A DNA stretch of 64,000 nucleotides from Camelus ferus (lineage: Eukaryota): the NCBI RefSeq assembly GCF_009834535.1, contig NC_045696.1, forward strand, positions 100,814,001 through 100,878,000, given 5' to 3'. The translations under genes and the position numbers were made by a program. The notes below the pieces were generated by a model. The model was not told where the DNA came from. It made no database searches and worked only from the letters and a program-made list of their open reading frames with translations. Shown here one piece after another: positions 1 to 13,509 of the stretch (the stretch's first letter is position 1; each line of letters opens with the position of its first letter).

Positions 1-1649
1 TTATCCAAGGACATACAGCAAGGGAGGAGTCAGAATTTAGTATAAGATGATGACTATGAATTCGACATATTACCAACCCCACTACATTATAGCATAGTTT
101 AGCAAAGATCCTAATAACAATTATCAATGACATCCTGTAGTGGAAAACAGTTTATTTGTGACTGTCCTTGCTAAATATGTATTTTAAAAAGCAAATTTAA
201 ACTGTTAAAAAGAGTTTATAAGAATATAAACTAAAGGAAGGAGCGTCAAGAGTATATGAGGATACCTTGAGCTACTAGCAGGGAGAGTAACCCAAGGGGA
301 AGACTGGGAACAGGAATGAGGGATTTACTTCCACCATCCTGCAAGGGTTTTTTTTTTGGTTTTTTTTTTTTGCCTCTTTTTCTATGGGATAGATCACTCA
401 CATATATGTTATAGGCAATTCATTTGATCTCCATAATTAAATAGTTAACTCTTTGGCTTTTAATTCTGTGGGAACTTCTATCATCGTTGCTCAAATAGGA
501 AGTTTACTTTGCGGCTTAAGGATGACTTGACGTGTCCTCCATGTCAAAGCCTGGCCCTAAATTAGGATCTTAGAAAATGAGACCTTGAAAGACAAAGTAT
601 ATGGTATCTCTCCAAGTTGTTGGTCATTATGAGGATAAGGGTTACAGCCTTTGGTGAGATCATAAGATCTGCTCCTCTACCCTGAAATCAATACCATACC
701 CTTATTCATCATGCATTTGATTTTTCTTTTTTTAGCTCCTTGTTGGTTAAACCTGACATTAAAACATGAGCCATACTTAAATAAGGTTTATGAAGAGGGG
801 AGAAAGTTAAACTAGGAAACAAGCGTCTAGTACAGTGTTACCACTGCTGAATCTCTCTCATCTTTCTCAAACCCAAGGGGCCTCTCCAATACAAATGTTT
901 TATCCTCGATCTGTAGACAGCTTAGTTATTGTATTCAGTTAATAGACAGATTTCCAGATTTCCATGCTGCCAGGGGCAACAGTCAATTCTAGCCACGAAT
1001 AACGATTTTTCAGACTGCAGGTAACTTTAAAGTCACCTAAATCAGCTAACCCATTTCTCATAGGGCCACTTTGATTCGAGCTAACTCCACAAGAGCCTTA
1101 TCATCTCCTGTCCTGGTCAATTCCCAGGTTAACTGTTCAGCAAACCATCTAAGTTTCTGACAAAGTAATAAAAAAATATTCCTGAGAAATGAAGGCAGAC
1201 TTTTTTGTTAGATTATGTTATATATAATTGTGTATGTTTATTATTCTAATGCAAAATTGAAAGAAAAATGCAAAGACCCACATTGGTAAATAGCCATTAG
1301 GGCGATATGATTTACATAAGAGGAAATTTCATGTCTTTGGTATACAAAGTCAAAAAAATACCGAAACTTGAGAAAAATTTAAAATTTAAATTAAAACAAC
1401 GAGGTTAATCTTATTGGCTTCTTAAATAAGTAAATAATTTTGGGAAAATAATATATGAAAGAGAAAGAGTTTGAGCACATTTTTAGAGGTAAACATTGCA
1501 ATAGTATTTCTGGAAATCATTTAATAATATATGTCAGAAATCACTAAAGGCCTTATAACTGTTAAACTGATATGTTGATTATGAAAATATAAAAGGAGAA
1601 AATAATAATATACAAGAATGTTTATTCCAGAAGTTCTATAATCCAAATA

Positions 1650-1760
1650 TTAGCAAGTATTTATTGAGAACTTACAATGTACCAGATACTGTGCTAATGT
1701 GGTGTATATGTTATTTTATTTAATTCTACATATAACTCTCAAAGCTGGACACTATGAGAT
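1650..1760 (-). mobile_element. MIR/L2-type ancient fragment
   Basis: 'tatttattgagaacttacaatgtaccagatactgtgcta...tttaattct' resembles the reverse complement of the MIR/L2 3' end. Confidence 0.45.
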
Positions 1761-2189
1761 ATAGCAATCTAGAATATGTTTTATTTATGTATTATTATAT
1801 ATTTATTTATGCTTTTAAGGCAACATACAACAGAAATAATATGACATTTGTGTTTTATTTATATATACAATCCAAAGGCTAATAATACAGGTAATAGTAT
1901 TAGGTGAAGAGATTATCTCTGATTTTTTTCCTTCAAAATATTCTTTAGTATTTTGACATTATCTTTCCCCTGCCCTTGCTACAAAGGTGCAATGTTGTAC
2001 AATACAGAGACATTAGGTGATAGCCTGCATGCTGAGGGGCTTTCATACACACTGCCAGGAAAAATGATCAATGTTTCCCTGCCTATCAGTGTAATGTATC
2101 GGTTATTCCAACAATGTATAAACATACGTGTGTATATAAAACAAAAAAGAATAAAGAGTGTTGCTCACCACCCAGTTCTACAAGGTTTA

Positions 2190-2341
2190 TTTATTTATTT
2201 ATTCATTCATTCATTTTTTGGTAGGGGGAGGTAATTAGGTTTCCTTATTTATTTACTATTAGAGGAGGTATTGGGGATTGAACCTAGAACCTCATGCATG
2301 CTAAGCATGTGCTCTACCACTTGGGCTACACCCTCCCCCCT
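2190..2341 (-). mobile_element. Camelid-type tRNA-Ala-derived SINE (Vic-1-like)
   Basis: Minus strand has a tRNA-Ala(AGC)-like head with A and B boxes, then 'cctaattacctcccc' and an A-rich tail. TSD TACAAGGTTTA at 2179-2189 and 2342-2352. Confidence 0.93.
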
Positions 2342-2418
2342 TACAAGGTTTAGGTTGTCACCTGCTGGAGTCGCTGACTGACAGTGCACTCAGAGAGGAA
2401 ACTGAGATGGTAAGAGGA

Positions 2419-2684
2419 TGAGTTATAGTCATTTTACAATGTTGTGTCAAATTCCAGTGTACAGCACGATTTTTCAGTTACACATGAACATACATATATT
2501 CATTGTCACATTTTTTTTCTCTGTGAGCTAACACAAGATCTTGTATATATTTCCCTGTGCTATACAATATAATCTTGTTTATCTAGTCTACATATGCCTG
2601 TCAGTATCTATAAATTTTGAACTCCCAGTCTCTCTTTTCCCACCCCACTCCCCCTTGGCAACCACAAGTTTGTATTCTATGTCT
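2419..2684 (-). mobile_element. L1 3'UTR fragment of the young lineage, no poly(A) tail
   Basis: Reverse complement aligns with the 3'UTR of the L1 at about 12350-12590. Confidence 0.9.
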
Positions 2685-4647
2685 AAGTATCTGTGCTTTG
2701 GACAAGCTGGCCCCTTAGACAGTTAGATGTGTATCTCAGGAAGAATTTTAATGAATCCAGATTCTTGCATCTTCTCATATATAGAAAAGTACTAAGATCA
2801 TTAATTTGAGGTATCTGTTCCTTTTGACAAGCAGTAATCTTTTACCAAGATGTATTCTTGACTGCATGTATTCCCTAAGCAGCCAGAAACCCTATATATC
2901 TTGGCTTCTCCCCTACCTCTTCAGATTAGTTTCCTCAGAGCTACTGAGCGGCTGTCTCCCAGGCTATGGTCCTCAGCAAGTCCCTGAATAAAACTTAAAG
3001 TTCTCATGTTGTGCATTTTTAAATTAAAAAAGTGTATAAATACACATACATATATCTACACACACATATATATATTTATCAATAAGAAAAGGGGATAGAT
3101 GACTTCAATACTTCTGATAGCTCTTTGTATGTCCAGGAATTGCATATTTTTAATGTCTCTAAGAATACGAAAATAAATAAATCAAAACAAAACAAACCTA
3201 TATACAAGGCCTTTGAGTGTCTCAAATTGGGAGAAAAAGGGAGAGATCTAATTAGATTTTATTGTCATTTTTTATCCTTTTTTTCCAAAAAGAAAACAAA
3301 AATAAGTAGAGTTGCCATTACACCATACTGCCTGGTGGCTCTCAGCAGGCCACATCCATGGAGGTTAGCCCTGATCCACTCCTTCCAGACAGCGTTGGCA
3401 AGCTGCTTGGATATACAGGACAAAAGCAGACTCCTCATCACCACAGCAATGACATATTAATGAGTGTAATATCTGCTTATTGCATAAAAAAGTCCTGTGG
3501 GAACACTTGTGAGTTAGCAGTTTTCTTACTTAACAAGCACTACAATATATCAATCCTCAATAAAACTCTAAATCCAGAACACAGTAATTAAAAAGAAAAT
3601 AGGGTTTACTTAAAATGTCATAGATTTCATCAAGAAAGTGGTCATGCAAAAAATCTTACTTCCCTTACTGTTACTAGAAAAGCTGAGTCAGTGGTGCCTA
3701 TAACAATCTATGGCGTCAGTTGACACAAACATATGTAAGATGGACGCTGTTCAAATAACACTGACTGGTGGGGTTTATCTCCACTTAGCATAGTGCCATA
3801 AGCCAGTGTCATTTTTTACATCATCTGTAGCCCTGTATAGACAAACATTTAAGTGACTATTTGAATGAGAACTCAAAACACATAGAGATTATGCTAATCA
3901 AATTATAAAGATACAAAATTAGAAAATGCAACTGAAATGAAGAGATCAAGATTCCCCAACATTAATAAGTAAAAGGAGATGGTAGCTAAAAGATAAACTA
4001 TAAAAATAAAGATAAGTGTACAGTTCTGGAATTAGGCATACACAATAAAAAGATTACTATCTCAGTATAGGTGGAAAACTGAATTAACAGATGCTCACGT
4101 GAAAGAAAAGGAGATGATACCTGAAAGCTTAACGGAAGTCACATCAGATGGGCACCAAAAGAAACACAGGTGCAAGCTGCACTAACAAAACTGTGGTTAA
4201 TGTCCTCATCAAGTTACACCTGGTCTCCAGACCAATTTGGACACAATTTCCCCTTTGAATGATACTTTTGCAGTTGAACAATCAGAGCATGTGCAAAGGA
4301 GATCCCCCAGGAATATCAAGGGCTCTGAAATCACGTGTGACTGATCTCTAACTGTCACCTCATATTATTAACCTGGATATGGGAAGATCAATCAAGCAAT
4401 ATAATTATGTTATCTGAATATTTAGAGGCTTGAATGGGGAAAAAGGATATTCTTTTTGTCTATATAGCAAAATATTAGGACTAAGTGGGAGAAGTTACAA
4501 AGCAGCACAATTCAATAATGACCTTTTCTTCCTTAAAGACAAAAAATGGAAATACATGGAAATAAAAATTATTCGGGTGTGGTAAAATAATTTTTTATTT
4601 TCACCCAAGTTATCTTTAACTCTACTAAATGATAAAATATGAAATTG

Positions 4648-4706
4648 TTATAATTTTTATTTTTTAATTATTTTTTATTTTGAGGGGAGAGGTAATTAGG
4701 CTCATA

Positions 4707-4751
<45 letters not shown>

Positions 4752-4843
4752 TTATTTATTAATTTATTTTAGTGGAAGTACTGGGGATTGAACCCAGGAC
4801 TTCACGCATGCTAGTACTCTACCACTGAGTTATACCATCTCCC
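4648..4843 (-). mobile_element. Vic-1-like SINE with internal (TA)n expansion
   Basis: 'gtactggggattgaacccaggac...ctctaccactgagttatacc'. Degenerate TSD AAAATATG(A/C)A(A/G)TT on both sides. Confidence 0.92.
4717..4748. repeat. (TA)16 microsatellite
   Basis: Read directly from the sequence. Confidence 0.95.
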
Positions 4844-6824
4844 AAAATATGCAGTTAAACTGAGTTAGGTGCATCTGTCTTGAAAACTTAATCAGTGGAA
4901 TAACATACTTGATTTGCATTGATACATTAATACTACTTGTATTTGAGATTGATTAATATTGCCTTACATTAAAGGGTGTCTTTAATAAAGGGGAAATTAT
5001 AATATTAGTGTCATACAAGGATGGAAAAAACTGGCATTCAAGCGTCAAGATAATTGAAATGTTCAAGCAGAGGCCAAAGAATCATTTGCTAATAAGTTCT
5101 CTAGAAGATTTCTGTATGAAGCAAGTACCTCTATGGAACTTGGAGTATCAAGCTTTATGATTATTTAATTCTCACTGCCATTCGTTTTTATCCATGTCTG
5201 TACTTGTCACTAAACCCTGTTTCTTACTGCTTGACCTCCCCAACTACACACAGAACCCCTTCCACAAATTGAGTAACAAATCAAATGTTGCTTGGCATAC
5301 ATATTATTGTTTCCTCACAGGAGAACATTCTTATAAAATGCAAAAGATTACATTTGGACACAAGTATGCTATGAGAAAATATCTCAAACTGTTTACATTG
5401 TTCAAATACAAAAAGCATTAATTGTGGAAGGTCACTGCAAAAACAGAAGGCAATAAGATAAATAAAACAAAACAACTCCCCAGTAAGTCCATCTATAGTC
5501 TAGTAAAAGAAAAATATTTGAAGCTTATAGAGAATTGGACTTAGAAAAGGAAGGCTATTTCTTTTACAACTGCTAACATCAATGCTATCATCTTTTTATT
5601 TTAATACATTTCAAATGACGTCTGAGACACAGGACCTACTTGGAGATAATGCTTCTTTTGTTGTTTGACACTGAAGGTTAAATGGAAGCTTTTCTCCCTT
5701 ATTTTATACTTAGAAAATCTCCAAATCATTTATGGTACAGTAGAAATGAAACTGTAAATAGTTTATCTTCATTTGACTTGCAAAGAATGTCCTTTTATCT
5801 TCAAACATACTGGTATTCCATAACCCCCCTGCTTATCAACTTAGAAGAGCTCCTTGGGGCAGTGCCAGACTTTACAGTGAAAGATTTCTAGTCTCACAAA
5901 GCTCTCTGGCAAAATATTCTGCTTATATCAGACTTTGTAATTTTGCTTCAAACTATCCCCAGGAAACAATAATGTAGAGAAAAATACATTATTAAAAAGT
6001 AAACATTGTATACCATTTTGCATATTTTGAAGATAAAAATTATGTATTATGAAGAATAGATGAATTAAGTAAATAACATATTTTAGGCTTTCAATGTTCT
6101 TTCATGCCATTGACTAGAAAGGCCAAATCTGTGATTTCAGATCTAACTCTTAAATCCAACACAGGGCATGATGTCAAGGCTGCATTTCATTTGTCTCTTT
6201 CATTATAATGTGATGAAATGTCCAATGAGAATATATTTCCTGACTGTTGGTATAAGTGAAGATTATGGTTTTTTTCTCTTCTAGGTATACACTTTTTCAT
6301 AAAAATGGAAATATACCTTTCTGTAAAGTTATATGGATATGATATTTATTATGTAGATATCCATCTGTAATCCATATCTAAATGTGGTTCTCTATCTGAA
6401 TAGAAAGAGAAAGGTGAAAGCAGGGAACTGTAGATCAGAAAGGTCTAGAAAAGTAGAATCTGAAATAGGAATGGAAAGAACTGATTAGCTTTGGAATCAC
6501 ACTCAACAACCTGGTAGACAATGGTCCAATCCCATATCCCTCAAAAGCAGAGCTGCTAAAATTCCATCTCCCTCCTCCTATAAATAAAGCCTCATATGAT
6601 GAAATTGTAGGAAAATTCGATGAAGGAAATAATAACCTGAATCAAATGTAATTGACATGGTGGTAGAAAGGGGGACACTAGGAAAGAACAGGAAGGTGGA
6701 AAGGGGAAGTAGCTGAAAGTCTCTCCTGCACATCAGAGATAGTCATGATACACAACTATATCACAAAACCTTCGTCACACTGCAGCTGGTTCTTGGCTTA
6801 CAAAGAGCTGAGAACCCTCTTGTT

Positions 6825-6961
6825 CTTATTTTTAAATATTTTTTAGTGTGAGAGGTAATTAAATTAATTAATTAATTTATTTAATGGAGGTACTGGGGAT
6901 TGAACCGAGGACCTCATGCATGCTAAGTAGGCACTCTATCACTGAGCTGTACTTATCCCCC
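6825..6961 (-). mobile_element. Vic-1-like SINE
   Basis: Same SINE body. TSD core AACCCTCTTG at 6813-6822 and 6965-6974. Confidence 0.93.
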
Positions 6962-7900
6962 GAAAACCCTCTTGCTATGTGGATTTAGAATTATTCCTGG
7001 AGAAGATGTTAGACCTTGTGTTTGGTGACAGGAAAAGGGTTTTCCAGAAAATTCTATCTGGTACTAGATATGGTACATTTCAATGGTGAAGTGCTTGGCT
7101 CAGTATTACTAGAAGAACTTTAAGTCAGAGGAAGTTCAAAGTCTTACTAAGCAAAGGCCTCGTTACGCTTTCAAATATGGATAACATTTTTGGCAAAATC
7201 ATCTTAGACTTCAAGTACTCTGTGCATCTCTGAAATTTCTTTGGTAGTATAAATCACAGACGTAAGAATATTTTGAAAATAGAATATATTTTGTCTCATT
7301 ATAAGACAAGTTCAGAACTCCATTTTTCCTATAAAACAAAGAAATATATGACAAGCTTCCCCTCTGATAATACTTGCTCTGTTGTATGCTCATCTCCTTC
7401 ATAATCACAAACAACACACAGACATGCACACAGATACATGCACACATACATATGCAAAGCCTATTTATTTAAGGATTGGAATAACTAATTAATGCTTTAT
7501 AGTCCATACCCAACTTTTGAAAATCACTTAGTAATATTTTAATCATGAAATCCACTAACCTTTACCCAAACGTGGCAAGATAATGACTATATTTTGACCA
7601 AAGTGTCAGCATTAAGCTTCTTTTCCATCTGTAAAAAAGTTCCCAAATTTTATTTCATTGTTGTTCTAACAAGTTATTTTATTTTCCCACTTGTATAGCA
7701 ATTCAGCGAGAAAAATATTGACATTCCTATTAGTTCCTCTTAGAATGTACTGACATCAATGTTAATACTGAATGAATCTAAATGATTCATCTGCAGATAC
7801 AGACATGAGCTTATTTGAAGATTAAACGATTTCCAACTGTTTAAGTAGAATTGCGTCTGACGCTTAATGGCTAGATTTAGAGAAGTTCATTATAAATTCC

Positions 7901-8694
7901 TGTCCACAGGAAAAATCACTGCTTTTCCTTTACTTTCACATGGCTACAACACTCAAACACTTCTGCCAAATGTATGGGTTATTCCCCCGCATCAAACAAT
8001 TCTCTGTGCTACCAGCTGGGGGTCCTACAATTCCATTCAATTCTGACACTAACCAGAGTTAGCTGTTTCCCAATCCACCTCAGATACCAGTCACAAGTCT
8101 GTTTCCCTCCCTGGGGTGTGATCATTTGATGAAACAGCTCACAAAACTCAGGGAAATACTCACTTACACTTACAGGTTTATTATATAATAAAAGATGCCA
8201 TAAAGGATCCAAGTGGACAGTCAGATTAAAAGATTAAGAGATACATAGGGTGAGGTTTGGAAGAGTCCCAAGGGTCCCAAGAGCAGGAGTTACCCCTGTG
8301 GAGTTGGAGCACACGTCGATAAATATCCACCAATCTGGAAACTCTCCTCCAAACGCCGTATTTTGGGGATTTTTATGGAGGCTTCATTGTGTAGGCAAAA
8401 TTAATCATTAACTCAGTCTCCAGCCTCTCTCCTTTTCCTAGAGGAGCAAAGTGGGACTTAAAGTTCCAAGCTTCTAATCATGTCTTGATCTTTCTGGTGA
8501 CCAGCTCCTATCCAGGAACCCACCCCAGAGTCACCTCATTATAACAAAAGACACTCCTGTCACCCAGGAAATTCCAAGAGATTTAGGAGCTCTATGTTAA
8601 GAGCCAGAAGGCCAAACATTAAAACGAAAGATGCTCCTTGTGCTCTTATCACTTAGGGAGATTACAAGAGTTCTGTGCCAGGAACTAGGGGCAG

Positions 8695-8757
<63 letters not shown>

Positions 8758-8800
8758 ACACACATACACACATTATATATATTATAAATATTTTTACCAT
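7901..8800 (-). mobile_element. MER21-like solo LTR
   Basis: Characteristic blocks 'caattctgacactaac', 'cagctcacaaaactcagggaaa', 'ggatttttatggaggcttcatt', 'aaagttccaagcttctaatcat', 'cccaggaaattccaag'. Confidence 0.8.
8697..8756. repeat. (AC)30 microsatellite
   Basis: Perfect dinucleotide run, followed by imperfect CA/TA units. Confidence 0.97.
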
Positions 8801-9430
8801 TCCAACCCTTTTAAAAAGGTTATCTGAATGGCAGCCCCTGACTTAATGTCAAAGTATCTATAAAGTTACAATTACTATACATTATAGTGGAAAGGATAGG
8901 AAAGGAATTTTGACCTGGCTTTTCAGCAACAAAGAATGGCAGCACACCCCTGTTTGGCATAATGAAACAGAACAGGATCATCTACTAAAAGAATGTGAAA
9001 AATGATTTGCCTGACACCCATTCTCCACCCTTCAGCTCCGAGTCCCTCATTCTCTATCCCCAGAAAAAAACTCAGGATTCAGGAAGCATCACACTCTTGT
9101 TTGTGTAACGCTGTCTTAAAGTGCGATTTCAAAATGTATTTGCTCATCTTTTTTTCTCCCCTACCATACCCATGCTCCCTAAGCTAACTTTCAAACATGT
9201 ATTTTAAGTTTGTAACATCAAGAAACATAGACACAAAGAAGGGGATACTTGTAGGTCTAGTGGTCATGACTAATGGACTTTTACTTAAGGATTAGACTAC
9301 ATATAATTCTGCACATGTGCACATTGGCACACACACTTACACGCAGGTACCAGTGGGAAAATATTCCGGAAGGACCATGACTATGAGAATATTCCATGTG
9401 AGAGATGGAAGAAAAATCTAGAGAACCAAA

Positions 9431-9954
9431 TGTATCTCTTTCATCTGTCTCTTGCTATGTAACAAACCAGCCCCAAACTTAGTGGCTTAAAACAAAAAGT
9501 GTTTATTAACTCTTAAGGGTTTTAGGTTGACTTGGATGAGCTGTATATCTTTCTGCTTCATATGATGTTGTCTGAAACTGTGTTCAATTGGAGGCTTGAT
9601 TGGGACTGAGATATCTGACAGCTGACGACGACATGGCTAGTAGTTGTTACTGGCTATAGGCTGGGGGCTGGACTAGGGCTGGACAGCATCCCTTTCCTCC
9701 TTTCAAATGACCTCTTCTCTAGTTCCTTTGAGTTTCCCATGGCCTGGTAGTTCTAAAACAAAATATTCTAAGTTGTAAAGGCAGAACCTGCAAATCTCTT
9801 AAGAGTGCCTCAGAAATTGCATAGCATCTCTTTTGCTACATTTATCAGTAAAAACTAGTCACACAGCCAACTAGATCCTAGGAGAGGTGAAACAGTCTTT
9901 ATTTATTAATGAAGGAAATAATAAAGAATTTATGACCAATTTTTGTCTACCACA
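9431..9954 (-). mobile_element. MLT1 (MaLR) LTR
   Basis: Starts 'tgctatgtaacaaaccagccccaaacttagtggcttaaaaca' and ends 'ctaccaca', typical of a reverse-oriented MLT1. Confidence 0.8.
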
Positions 9955-10574
9955 GGTATCTCCAGCTGGATAGAAGGAGAAATTCTCTACAAAATTGATA
10001 TAGAAGGTGATAAAAAATTAGATCAAACAGTAGTAGAAAGAAAACAAAAAGAAGATTGGATTGTGAAAAAATGCATTTTAGAAATTTCTGTCCATTTCAT
10101 GTTTTTAAAATGATGTGTGCAGTGTCTTTTTCAGATATTTTCGTGTTTTAAAATATTATTACTCAAATCTAAAATGTTTACATTGTCCTGGATTGCTTGA
10201 TTTACTTGTGGTTATTTTCATTTTCAGATAACTTCTAGCTGTAGGTCTGGGTTAGACTGACTGTAAGAAAAATGAATCTCAATCAATTTAAGAGGGAAAC
10301 AAAATTTAACTACTGTCCATGACTTTGATAAATTTCAAATTTAAAGAACACTGACAAAGTAACTACAAAAAATTGAGAATCCTTTAAAGATCACAGTCTT
10401 TTCTTTTCAGATTTCAAGGTGCTTATCTAGCTGCTGCTGACCAAGCTCCATATTTATTTGATCAAACACAAAAGTATTGGGCTCTTCCTGCAAACTAAGA
10501 CATGATTTCAAATCTCTTCTAGAATGTTTGGCACACATGGGAGAGTCCTTTGTACATAATTTATAATGGATTTT

Positions 10575-10712
10575 ATTATGTTGTGTTTTCCTTATTTGTT
10601 GGAATCTATGTCTTTCCTCTGAGACAGTGAGCTTTCATTATTTTATGAAATCATCCTGAGGGTTAGAACATTTCTTAGCCTAGGATGTGCTGAAATGTGA
10701 ATGAATAAACTT
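10575..10712 (+). mobile_element. L2 3' end remnant
   Basis: 'tctttcctctgagacagtgagctt' with terminal 'gaatgaataaa'. Confidence 0.4.
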
Positions 10713-11279
10713 AAACATTAGGTAGGAGACAACTTAAAGATTCTGTATACCCCAGAGTTCGTGTATTTTGTTTAGAATAAATAGTGAATTTTTCTAACTA
10801 TTTTTTATACTTACTATATGACAACAGAATTAACGCACACAGTCATGGTTTGGAAAGAAAAATCTCATTTCAGAAATGACTCTCATGACAGCATCAGTTT
10901 TATGACAGCAGAAACTGTTTTATTCAATGTAAGTATTCCCCCACAGAACATGTCCATGATATTAAAAATTAAAAAGACAAAACTGCAGCTTACACATCAT
11001 ATGTGCTAAATTAGATTTACTATTTAATTATGTTTGGCATCAACTTTGAAAATCTGGTATCTATTGTAATTCATTTGTCCATTCAACCGTTCACTTACCC
11101 AGTGCTGTCACGGTCTCTGTTGGACAATGGTTCTACAAAGAGGAATAAGACATAGTTCCTGATTATAGGAACTTTTGTCAATCAATCCACTGACTAACAA
11201 ATATGCCTCCTAGGTGAAAGACATTGTTTTTGTTTTTGAATATAGATGGATTATTTTATAGCTTCAAAATATTAGTAGT

Positions 11280-11446
11280 AGTAATGCAAACAATAGCTAA
11301 CATTATGAGCTCTGCTTTTTCCTAACATTACATTAAGTACTTGATACAGATTAGAACCAATTTATGAGGTAGATTATATTATTATCCCCATTTTACAGAT
11401 TAAGACAGTATAAGAGGGGTAAAATAATGAAGACAGGAGAGTTGAT
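11280..11446 (-). mobile_element. MIR (host of the young L1 insertion)
   Basis: MIR core 'atgaggtag...attatccccattttacagat'. Confidence 0.7.
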
Positions 11447-11461
11447 AAGAAACTAATCCTG

Positions 11462-12293
11462 AACAGTCTACCCAAGCAATAGAAATAAAAGCAAGAATAA
11501 ACAAATGGGACCTAATGAAACTTACAAGCTTCTGCACAGCAAAGGAAACCATAAGTAAAACAAAAAGACAACCTACGGAATGGAAAAAATTTTTGCAAAT
11601 AAAACCGACAAAGGCTTGATCTCCAGAATATATAAGCAGCTCATAAGACTTAATAAGAAACAACCAAACAACCCAATCCAAAAATGGGCAAAAGACCTAA
11701 ACAAGCAATTCTCCAAGGAAGACATACAAATGATCAATAAGCATATGAAAAAATACTCAACATCACTAATTATCAGAGAAATGCAAATCAAAACTATAAT
11801 GAGGTATCACCTCACACCAGTCAGAATGGCCGTCATTCGAAAATTCACAAATGACAAGTGCTGGAGAGGCTGTGGAGAAAGGGGAACCCTCCTACACTGA
11901 TGGTGGGAATGCAGTTTGACGCAGCCACTGTGGAAAACAGTATGGAGATTCCTCAAAAGACTAGGAACAGACTTACCGTATGACCCAGGAATCCCACTCC
12001 TGGGCATATATCCAGAAGGAACCCTACTTCAGGATGACACCTGCACCCCAATGTTCATAGCAGCACTATTTACAATAGCCAAGACAGGGAGACAGCCTAA
12101 ATGTCCATCAACGGATTACTGGATAAAGAAGAAGTGGTATATTTATACAATGGAATACTACTCAGCCATAAAAACTGACAACATAACGCCATTTGCAGCA
12201 ACATGGATGCTCCTGGAGAATGTCATTCTAAGTGAAGTAAACCAGAAAGAGAAAGAAAAATACCATATGAGATCGCTCATATGTGGAATCTAA
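11462..12293 (+). pseudogene. Disrupted L1 ORF2p C-terminal region including the cysteine-rich (CCHC) domain
   Basis: '[28 protein letters not shown]...YTMEYYSAIK'. One-base deletion near 11584 relative to the 33 kb copy, and TGA at 11898-11900 in place of the last knuckle Cys. Confidence 0.93.
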
Positions 12294-12610
12294 AGAAAAA
12301 AATTAAAAACAAACAAAGCAAGCATAAATACAAAACAGAAATAGACTCATAGACATAGAATACAAACTTGTGGTTGCCAATGGGGTGGAGGGTGGGAAGG
12401 GATAGACGGGATTTCAAAATTGTAGAATAGATAAACAAGTTCATACTGTATAGCACAGGGAAATATACACAAGATCTTATGGTAGCTCACAGAGAAAAAA
12501 ATTTGACAATGAATATATGTATGTTCACGTATAACTGAAAAATTGTGCTCTACACTGGAATTTGACACATTGTAAAATGATTACAAATCAATAAAAAATG
12601 TTAAAAAAAA
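11462..12610 (+). mobile_element. Young 5'-truncated LINE-1 (ORF2 C-terminus, 3'UTR, poly(A))
   Basis: Perfect 15-bp TSD AAGAAACTAATCCTG at 11447-11461 and 12611-12625. AATAAA at 12590-12595 followed by an A tail. ORF2 peptides present in the ORF track. Confidence 0.98.
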
Positions 12611-12774
12611 AAGAAACTAATCCTGTATTTTAATCAAGAATTTTTTCCGTAGACCAGCTTATTCCACTATGTGAGATTTTGAATTGATTGCAAGAACATA
12701 ACAGGAAGGAAAAGGAAAAGAGTTGAAACTGTCAGTCTAAACCTATAAAGGGCTCTGTGGGTTTAAAAAATAGT

Positions 12775-13270
12775 GACATATACCACTACACATCTATAGT
12801 ACAGCCAAAATGCAGAATCCTGACCACACAAAATGCTGCCAAAAATGTGGAGCAATAGGAACTCTCCTACATTACTGGTTGGAATGCAAAGGAGTACAGC
12901 GACTTTGGAAAACAGTTTGGTGATTTCTTATGAAACTAAACATGCTGTTGTCATATGATCCAGCAATCACACTCCTTGGTATTTACACAAATGAAATGAA
13001 GACATATATATACAAAACATGCATATGAATGTTTATAACAACTGTATTTATAATTTGCTGAAACATGAAAGTGACCAAGATGTTCTTCAGGAGTTAAATG
13101 AATAAACAGACTGTGGGACATCCAGACAGTGGAATATTATTCAATTCTAAAAAGCAATGAGCTATCATGTCAAGAAAAGACACAGAGGAACCTAAAATAC
13201 ATTAGTACATGAAAGATGCCAATCTGAAAAGTCTACAGTAGTGTCTGATTCCAACTATATGACGTTCTGC
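12775..13270 (+). mobile_element. Old L1 (L1MC/MD-like) ORF2 end and start of 3'UTR
   Basis: 'gactttggaaaacagtttgg...gatccagcaatcacactccttggtatttac...gattccaactatatgac'. Confidence 0.8.
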
Positions 13271-13505
13271 ATATATTGAGAAGATCAATGGTTTCTATCC
13301 TTCAATTTGTTAATATGGTGTATCACATTGATTGATTTGCAGATATTGAAAAGTTCTTGCATCCCTAGGATAAATCTCACTTAATCATAGTGTATGATCC
13401 TTTGACTATATTAAGTTGGATTCACTTTGCTAATAATTTGTTGAGGATTTTTGTATTTTTGTTCACAGTGATATTGGTCTCTAATTTTCTTTTTCTGTGA
13501 TATCA
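13266..13505 (-). mobile_element. L1 ORF2 internal (RT-region) fragment, antisense
   Basis: Reverse complement encodes a degenerate 'RPISL...KILNK...[12 protein letters not shown]' segment. Confidence 0.85.
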
Positions 13506-13509
13506 TATT

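Larger units (their letters stand above)
2131..3030 (+). mobile_element. Solo LTR (ERV-type), interrupted by a SINE and an L1 fragment
   Basis: Aligns by eye with 49930-50411 (shared 'cttgcatctt', 'atagaaaag', 'agcagtaatctt', 'gtccctgaataaaact'). AATAAA near the 3' end. Ends approximate. Confidence 0.6.
4200..5165 (+). mobile_element. L3/CR1 LINE remnant (fragmented, SINE inside the span)
   Basis: 'tgaatatttagaggct...taggactaagtgggagaagttacaa' and 'tgttcaagcagaggc' resemble the 3' region of L3. A similar element lies at 56590-57470. Confidence 0.55.

Noticed and set aside
2260..2341. tRNA-Ala genes at the SINE heads
   Set aside because: Each has mutated stems, a SINE body and tail, and TSDs, so these are SINEs rather than tRNA genes.
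6526..6586. CCAAT plus TATAAATA in promoter-like spacing
   Set aside because: Both motifs are common in AT-rich DNA, and no downstream exon or CpG island supports a promoter.
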